Source: Octopus bimaculoides (taxonomy: Eukaryota). From it: a stretch of DNA of 33,278 nt. Each line of letters opens with the position of its first letter. Position 1 is the stretch's first letter. Positions 11,064 through 22,496 of this stretch are shown here, piece by piece. Location of the stretch: contig NC_068981.1 in assembly GCF_001194135.2 (NCBI RefSeq), positions 11,917,823-11,951,100 on the forward strand. Reading direction: 5' to 3'. A model generated the notes under the pieces. It was not told the origin of the DNA. It worked only from the letters and a program-made list of their open reading frames with translations, and searched no databases. A program made the translations under genes and the position numbers.

Positions 11064-11744
11064 TACAAAATATGTGTTACCTCTTGTAATATATTAAGTA
11101 AATCCCTGTCAATCATTACTATCAGTGATGTTTATCACGCATTATCAGAAGTTGAATATTAACGATAATAAGCGATAAAAATTATTTCTGCACATTCCCT
11201 TTGCCAAAGGATAATAAACATGCAATGTAATGGTAGTCTTGGGAAAGCCGTATCATTACATGGCTATGAAACTAAACGCAAGCGTACAGAAAAAGAACAA
11301 ACAAAACAAACCTAAGAAAACAAACATCCATAATCTCATCACTACACACACACACACACCACTGGATCAAGTGGAGAGGACCAATGTGGACGGTCGGCAT
11401 GTTAGAAATACTATAGACATCATGTTCACACCATGTCCAACTTACTTATGCTTATTCGTACATATTAGTCAATTGAGATCTCTAGGTGTTACTAGACACC
11501 TTCTGCACATCACAACCAAATGTATTATGTGTCGACAAGTATATCAGTAGAGAAGGTCAGCGTAAACAGATTTGGTAATTAAGATGCCACACACTAGTAA
11601 CTTATATTGGATCTCATCCATTGCATTAGACTCTTCGGTCATTCATAACAATGAATATACACAAATCATGTAACTTTTCCTTGCAGTTTGAAAGCCTTCT
11701 AAATTCGTAAGTTTACTGCCATTCCGTCGTTTACGTCGAGAAGT

Positions 11745-12033
11745 GTTTCATTTCATCCGATCAACGGATCAGTCTGATCGTAAATTTAACGTGCAAGTAG
11801 CTGAGCATTCCACAGGCACATGCACTCTTAATGTAGTTCTCAGGGAGCTTCAGCATAACACAGAATGTGACAAGGCTGACCCTTTAAATACAGGTACGTC
11901 TCATTTTTGCTAGCTGAAAACACTGGAATAACGTAAAATTAAGTGTTTTGCTCATGGTCACGATGCACCGCCAAGAATCGAACTCAGGACATTACCATCT
12001 TGGGCGAAATACCCTAACAACTAAGCCATGCCC
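11745..12033 (-). mobile_element. tRNA-derived SINE with the family B head and a different 3' body
   Basis: B-box complement gaatcgaactc at about 11975-11985. Its head and CORE-like part align with 16283-16430, then the sequences diverge after aaatgag. Confidence 0.75.
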
Positions 12034-13478
12034 CATCCCAAGTTATTGATTACATAAAAGAGAGTAACATTTATTTCTATTGAGGATCTCAAAATAACAA
12101 TTATTGCATGCTGTCCAATCGAAAAATATTAAATTTCCGTTTTTAATATTAAATCGCGCCCCATTACCCCAACCAGAATATTAAAAAAATCTATAATAAT
12201 ATTAAGAACAGCTGCCATTACTTTGATAGAAATTGCAACACCTAGGAATGTAGTTAGAGCACAAGGCTAATAGTTTGACCTGAATTACAAGTACAGGATA
12301 TCCGTGCATTTCTCTTAAAACAAATTTATCAACATGCGCACTCTTTAAGAAAGCCAAAAGCAAGAACTGAATATAGCGTTTGCTACATGCCTATTTATAT
12401 AAATAGAAAAAAATAAATTCTTTTTATAAACTAGCAAAAAACCCAACCTTGTCCATATCACAATTCAGAATCATATCTTGAATTGCTTAATGAACTATCG
12501 GAAGTTGTTTATAATCTTACAGGCATATGATGTTTAGAATATTATAACACGTAAAAACAATATTTTGAAACAAATTATAAGAGCATCCACACAATAAGTA
12601 CTAAAATTAAACTTCGTCCTGCAGAAACACCCAAACAGCAAATTCAATTCTGATTGTTATGGCTTTGTAACTTATTAAAAAGCTCTCGGAGCAACTACAT
12701 AAATCTAACATCTAATCCAGAAGCATTCAGTTCCACCTTTTTTCACGCGTTTAAGAGTGAGTTCAGATTAAAACAACATCCAACAATTAACTTTCCCTTT
12801 AACATAGTTCTAACCTTTCTGTCTCTAATATAGAATATCTAATCTATTTCATCGTTGCACACTAATCACAACCCTGGATGTTCTCTAGTTAAACAAAAGG
12901 ATTTTCAATCAACGCTTCTAGTACAGTGTAAACAGTTTAAACCAAAAGTGTCTAACCTAACACTTCAATCTTCCTTAAGAAACGTGTTCGAGCTCTTAAT
13001 TTTCACAAGGAATCTTTAATAGATTACTTTCCTTTCATCTTTTTCATTTTTCTATAGCGATTCTTAAACATATATCTATGTAGTCTTCTGACATAATCAG
13101 TTAATGGTTTTTATTATTATTACAATCGAGAAAATGACTGATCGTACACCAGTAGGACTCTGTTTAACCCTCTTATCTAATTTCCTTGTATCTATAATGT
13201 AATCTCGCAAAATTTCTTTTCATCAGCAATAATAAATTCTTTACTTGTGTTATAATAGCAATAAGATATTAAATACAACTTTGAATGTTTTTATCAGTTA
13301 AATTGTACATCTATCTTCATCTACGTTGTTGTCGTCGACCTTGTCGATGTCACCATCATCGTTGTCATCGTCATCGTCTACGCCCTCCTTCTACCCTTTC
13401 CCTTTCCCCCTCTGTGTCATCATCTTTATTACTACCTCTTCGTAGCCATTTACATCTTTACTATGCTTTATTATTATT

Positions 13479-13928
13479 GAGTGAGAGAGCAATGCATACC
13501 ATCAAAGTGACACTGGGGTAAAAAATACGAAGCCCATTATACCCACCATGACTGCCTGGGTGATAACGGTACACCAGGCACATGCATCACAACCATATGT
13601 GCGCGACATGGTGATCTCATATCAAGATAAACAGCGCATGTCTCGCAGGTGGGGCCCAGTTAGAATTTTCTTCAGGTCGAGTAGCCCATCCCGCTCAAAA
13701 GGTCCCTGAATAAGGTTTGTTTAAAGATGTTGAGCAAAACACCCATGTATCCAAGGGACATGCTCAACTGGTTAAGGTCAAACAACCGGAAAGCAAATCT
13801 GTGGTATTAAGAAGAATATTTGCTGTAGCCTATCTTTTTATACCAAGAGAAAACAATGTACATGATAACACTTCCAATCAATTAAGATCAGAAACCATGA
13901 GAGTCACTGCTTGGTACTGAATCCGGGG

Positions 13929-13929
<1 letters not shown>
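13479..13929 (-). mobile_element. Non-coding interspersed element flanked by (TAA)n, copy 2
   Basis: Similar to 8399-8829; preceded by (TTA)3-4 and followed by (ATT)n at 13930-13968. Confidence 0.75.
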
Positions 13930-13967
<38 letters not shown>

Positions 13968-13968
13968 G
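13930..13968. repeat. (ATT)n microsatellite / (TAA)n tail
   Basis: Directly visible. Confidence 0.95.
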
Positions 13969-14510
13969 TTCAGTAGTTTTATTTTTATAAAGTGCTTTCA
14001 CTTCACTATCGAGCGCAGCTCTGTGTGCCTTGGGTATGTGCTGTGGTTTGCTGTGATGCTCTTATGGTTACTGTATTGAAAGTGTTTTGCGTAGGAGGTG
14101 TGCAGTGCCCAGTAGTGCATTTTATATGTATGTGTTGTTGCGTTTTCGTTCTTTGGGTAGAGCACTGCTGTAAAATAAGCGTGTAGGATCGAAATGTATT
14201 CCTGACGTGTCCATTTATGCCGTTTTGGTTTTATTTGCGGGACATGAGGAACAACGTCCGGACCTTTATTTTGACGGTCATCATTTTCTTAGGGTTCATT
14301 TCTGTTGTCAGATTGTTTTGCACGTGCAGCTCTTCGTACTTTTTGCGTAACAAGTTTAAAGTACGCATCTCCCGGTTGTTATTCTTGGGTGGAATAATAC
14401 CGGTATTATTTAATCTGTTTGTAATTTTTTGGTACATGGTGTTTGGGGCTGGAGATGGTCTGGTGTTGATGTAACAAGCGTGATTACGTTTGCTGTGCGA
14501 GTCGTGGAGA
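13969..14510 (-). mobile_element. Internally deleted (bipartite) R4/Dong derivative: N-terminal region fused to the C-terminal end and 3'UTR
   Basis: The minus strand reads KPKRHKWTRQEYISILHAYFTAVLYPKNENATTHTYK (about 14231-14121). It is followed at once, in another frame, by ALLGTAHLLRKTLSIQ* (14118-14068), a 3'UTR and (TAA)n. Confidence 0.7.
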
Positions 14511-14708
14511 TGATATCTAGTTAAAATACATCATTATATTTGGAAAAATAGAAATAAATTTCAATGAGTATTACTTACTCGGATATAGTCCAACCCTTTG
14601 ACAGCTATTTTTTGGCTCCATGCGATGTCTTTATTTCCGATGTTTTTGGATAAATTTCGGAGCTGTGATTTATCGTTCTCACATGTTAAATGTCCCCAGT
14701 GTAATCCC

Positions 14709-14762
<54 letters not shown>
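14709..14762. repeat. (TAT)n microsatellite / (TAA)n tail
   Basis: Directly visible. Confidence 0.95.
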
Positions 14763-14763
<1 letters not shown>

Positions 14764-15425
14764 TTATATTTTGTTTTGTCATTGCACAGCTTGTGACGCT
14801 GGAGATGTACCACGGTGTCAGCTGTTCACTACCAGTGAACTAAGGTAACACTTCTAAGTTTTCGAGCACCATCCGGAGTATTCGAGCGGTTCCAAGCAGT
14901 GCTGTTTTCTGCAAGTGCTCCTCCCTTATTGTAGCCCCTATTTGCTCCATATGCTTCTCAAGATTTTTACTCACTGTTCCCGGGGTTCCGACATTTATTG
15001 GTAATACTACCAAGCTAACGTGTTATATCTATCGACTTGTCTTTCTTCCTTATAGCATACCTTGTTTTCATCTAGACATGGTATATCTATGATCCAGCTT
15101 CGTTCGCCTTCTCTCTCAGTTAACACTATGTCTGGTTTCCTATTCTCGATCTCATGTTCACACTGAATCATAAAATCCCATAGGATCTTTGCAATATCAT
15201 TTTAGATGATGCCTTCGGGTTTATGTTCGTAGCACTTTTTTGCTCTGTCAAGTCCATACTTGTTGCAAAGATCCAACAGACAATGATTGCTATTGTCATG
15301 ACGTATGTTATATTCCTTCTGGGCTAGTGGCGTACATTGACGGGTAATATGGTTTTACCATTTTGTCCACAAATTCTGCACTTATCACTTTCTGATGTGT
15401 TGTCTATTTTGTATTTGATGTAATT
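14763..15425 (-). mobile_element. R4/Dong-clade LINE 3' end (zinc knuckle, RLE domain, 3'UTR, TAA tail)
   Basis: Translation with frameshifts: DKCRICGQNG...CTPLAQKEYNIRHDN...KILWDFMIQCEHEIENRKPDIVL...IIDI...LQKTALLGTARILRMVLE. This contains the CCHC knuckle, RHD and PD-(D/E)xK-type motifs. Confidence 0.85.
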
Positions 15426-15724
15426 GGCATTATTTATAATTATCATCTTCATTCTAATCATCAACTCTTGTTGACAGAGATTTTAATATTGGACCCTGTT
15501 AATATCTATCACATCGCGATAATAATTTCTTGATAAATACTTGGCATTAGTCTCTCATATCCCGAGAGAGAAGGTCCAGCAATTTCTTGCAGGAGAACAA
15601 GTACAAATGATCTATTTATAATGATCAGATGTATGTGCGGTAGATTAGCTTACTTTCTCAATCAAATGAACGTTGCTCCGACAGATGCAGGGTGTTCCAA
15701 ATGTTACGTGTCGAATTGATTACA

Positions 15725-15830
15725 GAGCAACATGAAATTAACTGTTTTGCTTAAGAACTCAACCCACCACACGGTCTAGGAATTGAAGCCAACTCTCGTG
15801 AGCGCAACATCCTAGGCACTAGGCCGTGGT
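15725..15830 (-). mobile_element. Degenerate family B SINE head fragment
   Basis: agagcaacatgaaattaactgttttgcttaagaac...ggaattgaa...cactaggcc resembles the family B heads at 5660-5745 and 11920-12030. Confidence 0.5.
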
Positions 15831-16282
15831 CCCTGACGGCTAAATAACTTTCTTTCATATTTCCTGAACGTAGATCTTCCATTTAGCATTGGGAGAGATG
15901 TCATCGACTTACTTCTTCTCTAATTAGAATTAAATATTACTATTATATTCAGAACTATCGTTACTATTAATGTTAACACTAATTAAATACTAATCATGCA
16001 ATATAACTCTTAATACCATTACGAATTTTATTGTTTTTTTTATTTTTAAATACATGGGAATTTTTGAGGAAAAAAATCAAAAGCAATTGTATAATAATGA
16101 ATAGAAGCACCTAGTATCAAATTTCTAGCAAATTAAGCATAGATGTGTAATCTGTGACCTCTGACAGTTTAGGTCTATTATATAGAACTACATCAAATCC
16201 ATTGGTATCCCCAAATACACTTTTGTCGAATGTAACCAAATAAATTGTATATCTTAATATATATTCATATTCAATATATATA

Positions 16283-16605
16283 TGGATCAGTGGTTAGAGC
16301 AAAGAGCTGAGGATCATGAGGTTGTGAGTTCGAATTCCGGACCGGGCTGCGCGTTGTGTTCTTGAGCAAGACACTATATTTCACGCTGCTCCAGTTCACT
16401 CAGCTGTAGAAATGAGTTGCGACGTCACTAGTGCCTAGCTGTGCTGTCCCTTGCCTTTCCATTGGATAACATCGGTGGTGCGGAGAGGGGAGGCTTGTAT
16501 GCATGGGCGATTGCTGGTCTTCGACAAACAAGATTGCCCGGACTTGTGCCTGGGGGTAACGTTCTAGGTGCAATCCCATGGTCAGTCATGACCGAAGGGG
16601 GTCTC
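16283..16605 (+). mobile_element. tRNA-derived SINE family B, near full length
   Basis: A-box TGGATCAGTGG at 16283-16293, B-box GTTCGAATTCC at 16328-16338, CORE-like cttgagcaagacac, and tail ggtgcaatcccatggtcagtcatgaccgaagggggtct. Confidence 0.88.
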
Positions 16606-17129
16606 AGCTCAGCATTGGCACCGAATAGGTTATGCATTAGCTGAAAAATGGCACTTAATGTATGAGACTATACCTAACCACATAGTTGCAACAGTTCCTT
16701 AAATGTGATGATGTACAAGAACCAACGATTAATGTATTTCTGATGTGGGTTGATACTGGATATAAATTTTGTACATCAATTACGATGTTACTTTATTTTC
16801 CCTTCAAAATGTTGCAACATTTACTATCTTTGTGATAACCAAATTAACTTACATTAAAATCACACTTAATATGATATTAGTAAGATATCCTAGGAAGCAA
16901 GTCTAGCTGAATAAGTTGTGACGTATTTATGCGACATTTTCTAATATTAATTATTACAACAAATTTATTTGAAATATAATAATTTTGATTTATGTATTCG
17001 CTAATCGTTAGAACATTTTATGTAAGCCCATATACATCAAGTAACTCAAATGCACGGTGAAAATGTCTCTCATTCATCGTCTCAAATATAAAATGCAAAT
17101 TTTCAACAGTCAGTTGTACAGTTGCGATA

Positions 17130-17700
17130 TATTCCATCAGAAGGAGAAACAGGAAGAAAAGCTTAAGCAGGAAGTAATAGTATAACTAGTAGTGGTAGCT
17201 ATATATGGGTGACCTTGAATAAGAGGGAGATAGATAGAAACTATAACACACGACAAAGTGTAGATGTATAAGTTTCGTGCGTCAGAAGGATGTACGTGAA
17301 AAGTAGTTAGAGTGCTGGTATAGGTAGCTGTGATACGGAGTGAGAATGGTACGAAGAAGACCACGTCTAGAATAGCGACAGCGTGGCAAGGAAATTAGAA
17401 TCATCACTCATGTAAACTAGTCCCCGGCTAGGAGGAAAGGTTATTATGAAAAGAGTGGAGTTTAGAGTTTCACGGTAAAGGGGTGATGTACAATACAGAA
17501 TATTCGTAGTATCCTCTATATCGTCTGCCTACGCGGAATGCCGCTCAATGCAATGTGTTCGAAGGCGACGTTTATTCTAAGTAGAGGAGGGAAGAAGCAA
17601 AAGAATTGAGAGGTAATGTGGTTATAAATCAGGTGAGTATGGCGGAATTCTGGCTTATGTATTTAAAGCTATAAGATACACAATGAGGACAGGAGATAGG
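17130..17700 (+). mobile_element. Highly decayed RTE-clade LINE fragment (post-RT region)
   Basis: Broken frames VIRSENG...TTSRIATAW and KGVMYNT...IRSILY resemble the RTE motifs YLG.I...G...ARI..AW and KG.IY...VRS.LLYG. The match is weak. Confidence 0.35.
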
Positions 17701-18528
17701 ATTTGGTTGTATGTATTTGTGTAAAGTTACCAGAATAAAGAATTTATTTATTGTAAAAATAAGGAAATTATATTTTAAATTTCAATTCCAATGAAAAGAA
17801 TGAAAATAGCTAAATGTTGTTATATGTATGAAAGTGAAATGAAACATCTTAAAATACACACATTAGCTGAGAATATCTAAAGTGGTTGGTATAATATATT
17901 ATGTACTTGATAGAAAATAAAATTTACTTAAATCGTTGCACTGGAATTACTAGCAGAATTTAGAGTGATTTAAAGAATTGGGGCATGTAAAATAATGCAA
18001 AGTTCGAGATTTGTGAGATAAGCTGCTAGCATTTTTATTAGTTTCTATCTATCTTACTCTTATTATGGCCTAATATTCTCTCACTCTCTTCTCTAAAGCT
18101 ATCAGTATGTACCTCCCGCTATTGCATATCGTTACAACCCACTAAGGCCCTACCTTATTCTGCCTCTGATCATAGAATACATCGCATCTGTACTGATCTT
18201 TTTGAAGGGAAATTCACTATTTTCGTACCTTGTCTTGAAACACTTTTCTCTGTCTTCTCATCCAGCTTTAGAGTATTACCGACGATGCCTAGCTTTGCCA
18301 AATACCAGTAACTCAAAATTCCCGTATAACCGCTGTGAGAGAATACTAGATTATACCATAACCATTATAAACATTCCTCAAACAATCCTTTGCCGAGCTC
18401 CTGTACCTTTGAAATCTACCCTCGTTCTTTATCAATGTTTAGATATATAAATGTCATAATCTGACTTGATACGAGTTGTATAGCAGATTACACTTATATT
18501 TTATTCTAACATATCACACGCATACATG

Positions 18529-18529
<1 letters not shown>

Positions 18530-18605
<76 letters not shown>

Positions 18606-18647
18606 ACACACACACACACACACACACGCACACACACACACACACAT
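18530..18647. repeat. Long (CA)n microsatellite
   Basis: Directly visible. Confidence 0.95.
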
Positions 18648-19145
18648 ACGTGTGTGTCTCTGTGTGGGGGTTATATGTGAGTATTTGTGTTTTTGAAATG
18701 AGGATGTGTTTCAGGAATATTCTTCACAATTTATAGCGCATTTGCGTAATTGTTTTATCTAAATATTCATTTTTAAAATGTATTTTAACTAATATTCTAA
18801 AAATATATTTTAGCTAATATATTTACGTAAATTACTTATTGAGCTCTATATATGCTGAGATGGTAGACAGGTAGTCAAAATAGTTTGTCGTATAAGAATG
18901 ACTCATTTGATAATCCAGTGAAGATTATTGATAATTTCACGGAAAATAGAATCTGTACATGTAAATTCTTTCAATGAATACAGAAATAAACAATGAAATT
19001 AAAGATGAATAACAGAATATCATGCTGATGTATTCTTCTTCATGTTGTATATGTATTTAAAAAAAAATTCAATATGGTGTTTTTTTTAAGTTTGTTGTTT
19101 TTAACGAAGCGTTAGCACCAAGCAATGTTTAGGTAATAGCAGAAT

Positions 19146-19740
19146 TAAGGCTAGTTGAAATATATTTGTCACATAACTCAACTGCTAAAAGGCAAATACA
19201 CTGCCGTTACCGGAGGGATCTCTCTTATGGTAAAAAGGTGAGAAAAAGCATGTTCGTTCAGTGTCGCCACTTATTAGGAATCTCAGACATTGAGGATTCG
19301 AGTTTTTTAACTCTTGTCAAAGAGATATATCTAAGAGAGGCAACTGTGAACGAACTTAATGAAGCCGTAGCTTTATATATAATTCATATTTCTTTATTGC
19401 CCACAAGGGGCTAAACATAGAGGGGACAAACAAGGACAGACAAACGGATTAAGTTGATTACATCGACCCCAGTGCGCAACTGGTACCCAATTTATCGACC
19501 CCGAAAAGTTGAAAGGCAAAGTCGACCTCGGCGGAATTTGAACTCAGAACGTAGCGGCAGACGAAAAATCACTAAGCATTTCACCCGTCGTGCTAACGTT
19601 TCTGGCAGCTCGCCTTAATATATAATTCAGTCAACACGTTGATTGATTTGCGCCATAAGAGAGATTTTTCTCCACGGTTACTGCTGTGTATTTGCCTGTT
19701 AGCAGTTGAGATATGTGACAAACGTATTTCAACTAGCTTA
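19146..19740. mobile_element. MITE-like foldback element with inverted arms of about 85-90 bp (19146-19230 and 19653-19740), with a SINE inside
   Basis: Left arm: gctagttgaaatatatttgtcacataactcaactgctaaaaggcaaatacactgccgttacc...atctctcttatgg. Right arm, reverse-complemented: gctagttgaaatacgtttgtcacatatctcaactgctaacaggcaaatacacagcagtaacc...atctctcttatgg. Confidence 0.75.
19387..19614 (-). mobile_element. tRNA-derived SINE family C (Meta-domain-like central segment)
   Basis: Minus strand: B-box gagttcaaattcc, then gtcgactttgcctttcaacttttcggggtcgataaatt...taccag. The domain name is assigned from memory. Confidence 0.8.
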
Positions 19741-20696
19741 TATTGTGTTGTTTATGTCTTTGTATAATCTTTTTATTCAGTAAATTAAACACTTTAGCAT
19801 GAATGTGATATTAGTTGAAGTATCTTATGCTATCTGTTTTATAGAAAGATCGTTCAATATAATGCATATAGTGTTGTGTTGTAAAGAACTGATATGTCTT
19901 TGTTTTGAATACATGCGCCATTTTATATATGCGATATAATTGCATCGAATGTATAGTGCTTTTTAATTAAGTGGATCGAAGAATTACATTAATATCGTTG
20001 TAAGCTTCTGTCATCTATTTCTATGAAATAAATCAGTATTTCTCTTTTATTTTTTTCAACTCTCTTCTGTTACAAACATATTCTGTTGATTATGTTTTTT
20101 CACTCATTATTCAAATTATACGGTAGTTTCGAAAGAATTCCACAGAATCCAAATTTTGCTCTCAGGATTTGAAAGAAAACAAAAAAGGAAATTCTGGCAG
20201 TATGTGTTATGGAGTGACAACAACCGGGGATTTTCATGGTCACAAAGTCAACTACTTATCAAAGCTGCAATTGTTAACTCCAAGCTGATATCTTAAATTG
20301 TTACATACAATTATTAAGATGTGTCTCACAGTTTATAACTAACGTAACCCGAAGTAATACAGGGGTAAGAAAAATCGTGATTGATATTCTTACTTAATAA
20401 TACATATCAGATTATAGTTTATAAATCTAATCATTGCCTATGTATAACTGCATTCGTGTTTTGCGTACATGCAGGTAATTCAACTGGGGTATAAATAAAA
20501 TGGTGGAACATCGATGAGACATATCTCATCTTAATAGTTTATACGTTCAGCTGCGCATAAAATAGCAATAATAATAATAATAATGCGGAAGAAAGGTGTT
20601 ACATGGGTGACTTCAAGCTTCCAAAGATAAATTTGTATTTCTCAGTTGGTGTTATTTGTTGTCCCTCAGGCTACATACATGCATACATACACACAT

Positions 20697-20699
20697 AAA

Positions 20700-20742
<43 letters not shown>

Positions 20743-20760
20743 CTATACATACATAAATAC

Positions 20761-20825
<65 letters not shown>
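20697..20825. repeat. Compound (CA)/(TA)/(GT) microsatellite
   Basis: Directly visible. Confidence 0.9.
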
Positions 20826-20826
<1 letters not shown>

Positions 20827-21901
20827 TGAACCAATTATTATCACATGATTTAAAGTTACAGTTATAAACGATATGTCTTCTTTCTATTTTAACACGGGTC
20901 GTTTCTTTTGCTTATTATAAGCGATGACCAGTTTTAAGTCTCTACGACACGAACTCAAAATTTAGACAGACAAAACATAATGTCATACAGTACCCACATT
21001 ATAAATCACATTAATATTTCAATAACCTCAGTAATTTAGAATCCTAAGTCGGTTTTATATTCCACTAATACTTCCGTTATTTATTTGCCTCTGAAACAGT
21101 AATATAGAATTATTACCTGTTTCTAGCGCTATTTTCAAGCTTCTCTACTTTAGAAGTTATTAATCATAAGCTTTTACAAGTCAATTTCACCTATAACATC
21201 CACCTAGAGTGCGATTTTACGGAAGTTAATTTATCACAGGAAATATCTCAATTGAGATCTACTGATTTAAAATTACAATGGCAAACCTATCCACACGAAA
21301 TTGGTGTATTTCACATTTTCTTTTCAACTACAACAATATTGATGTCGATATATTTTTTTAATTCAGTAAACTGATTTTCGTTATTCTTCTTATGACTATC
21401 TTTGAACTATATTTCATTTGTTCATTTTATTAGCAATAAGTACCATCAATAAAGGAGCCATTATTTTATATATTCTTTCATCTATTTCCGTTTGTTTACG
21501 ACCGGATAAATCGATGTTTAGTCTAGTTTATATGAACCATACAACTCTAACTGATATATCGATTTTCGTATATAGGTAGTAGTCCTTTTTAATGAGATTA
21601 GGGTTCTGACCAACTATTTACTTGCCTGTGTCGGTGTCTTTAATCTACCTTAATACCGTAAGATAGTTATATGTGAAGAAAGGAATAATAACACATGTAA
21701 TACAGATAGTTGCTTCACTTAACTTCATAATTATTATTTCCCTATTGTAGAAACGAAAAATGAAATAAATATGAATTTATATACGCCCAGAGGTGTATAT
21801 GTGAATATCTATGTAGTAATTATTTGTTATACTTTGAAATACGGAAGATTAATACAAAACCTAGGATTGTCATTATAGATATCATTTTTATCTTAATAAT
21901 A

Positions 21902-22277
21902 GGCGCAGAAGTGGCTGTGTGGTAAGTAGATTGCTTACCAGCCGCATGGTTCCGGGTTCAGTCCCACTGCATGGCAAGTGTCTTCTACTATAACCTCGGG
22001 CCGACCAAAACCTTACGAGTGGACTTGGTAGACGGAAACTGAAAGAAGACCGGCGTATATATATATATAATGTTGGTGTGTCACTGTTTGTCCCCATCAA
22101 CATCGCTTGACAACCGATGCTGGTGTGTTTATGACCCCGTAACCTTAGCGGTTCGGCAAAAGAGACCGATAGAACAAGTACTAGGTTTACAAAGAATACG
22201 TCCTGGGGTACATTTGTTCGACTAAAGGCTGTGCTCCAACATGTCCGCAGTCAAATGACTGAAGAGAATAAAAAAAT
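21902..22277 (+). mobile_element. tRNA-derived SINE family A, near full length
   Basis: A-box TGGCTGTGTGG at 21912-21922, B-box-like GGTTCAGTCCC at about 21955-21965, CORE-like ggcaagtgtctt, an internal (TA)n, and tail gtgctccaacatgtccgcagtcaaatgactgaa. Confidence 0.9.
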
Positions 22278-22496
22278 ATTTGCATATGTGTGCATGCATA
22301 TGTGTATATTCGTGTAAGTGTGAATGCGAGCGTGTGTAATTGAGCCTCTACACAAATATATGTGTGCAGGCATAAATGTACGTACAAAAATATACGTAAA
22401 TGCAAGTCAATAGATTCATGTACACATATATATATATATATACAATTGCACATAGCATGCATGCATGCATACATGCATACATACATACATATACCT

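Noticed and set aside
16283-16345. tRNA gene (A- and B-boxes present; similar heads at 21902, 19614 and 30780)
   Set aside because: No complete cloverleaf, and each head continues into a SINE body, so these are tRNA-derived SINE heads.
18050-18420. Possible decayed RTE ORF fragment on the minus strand
   Set aside because: Only a vague resemblance to the RTE linker region, with no diagnostic motif.
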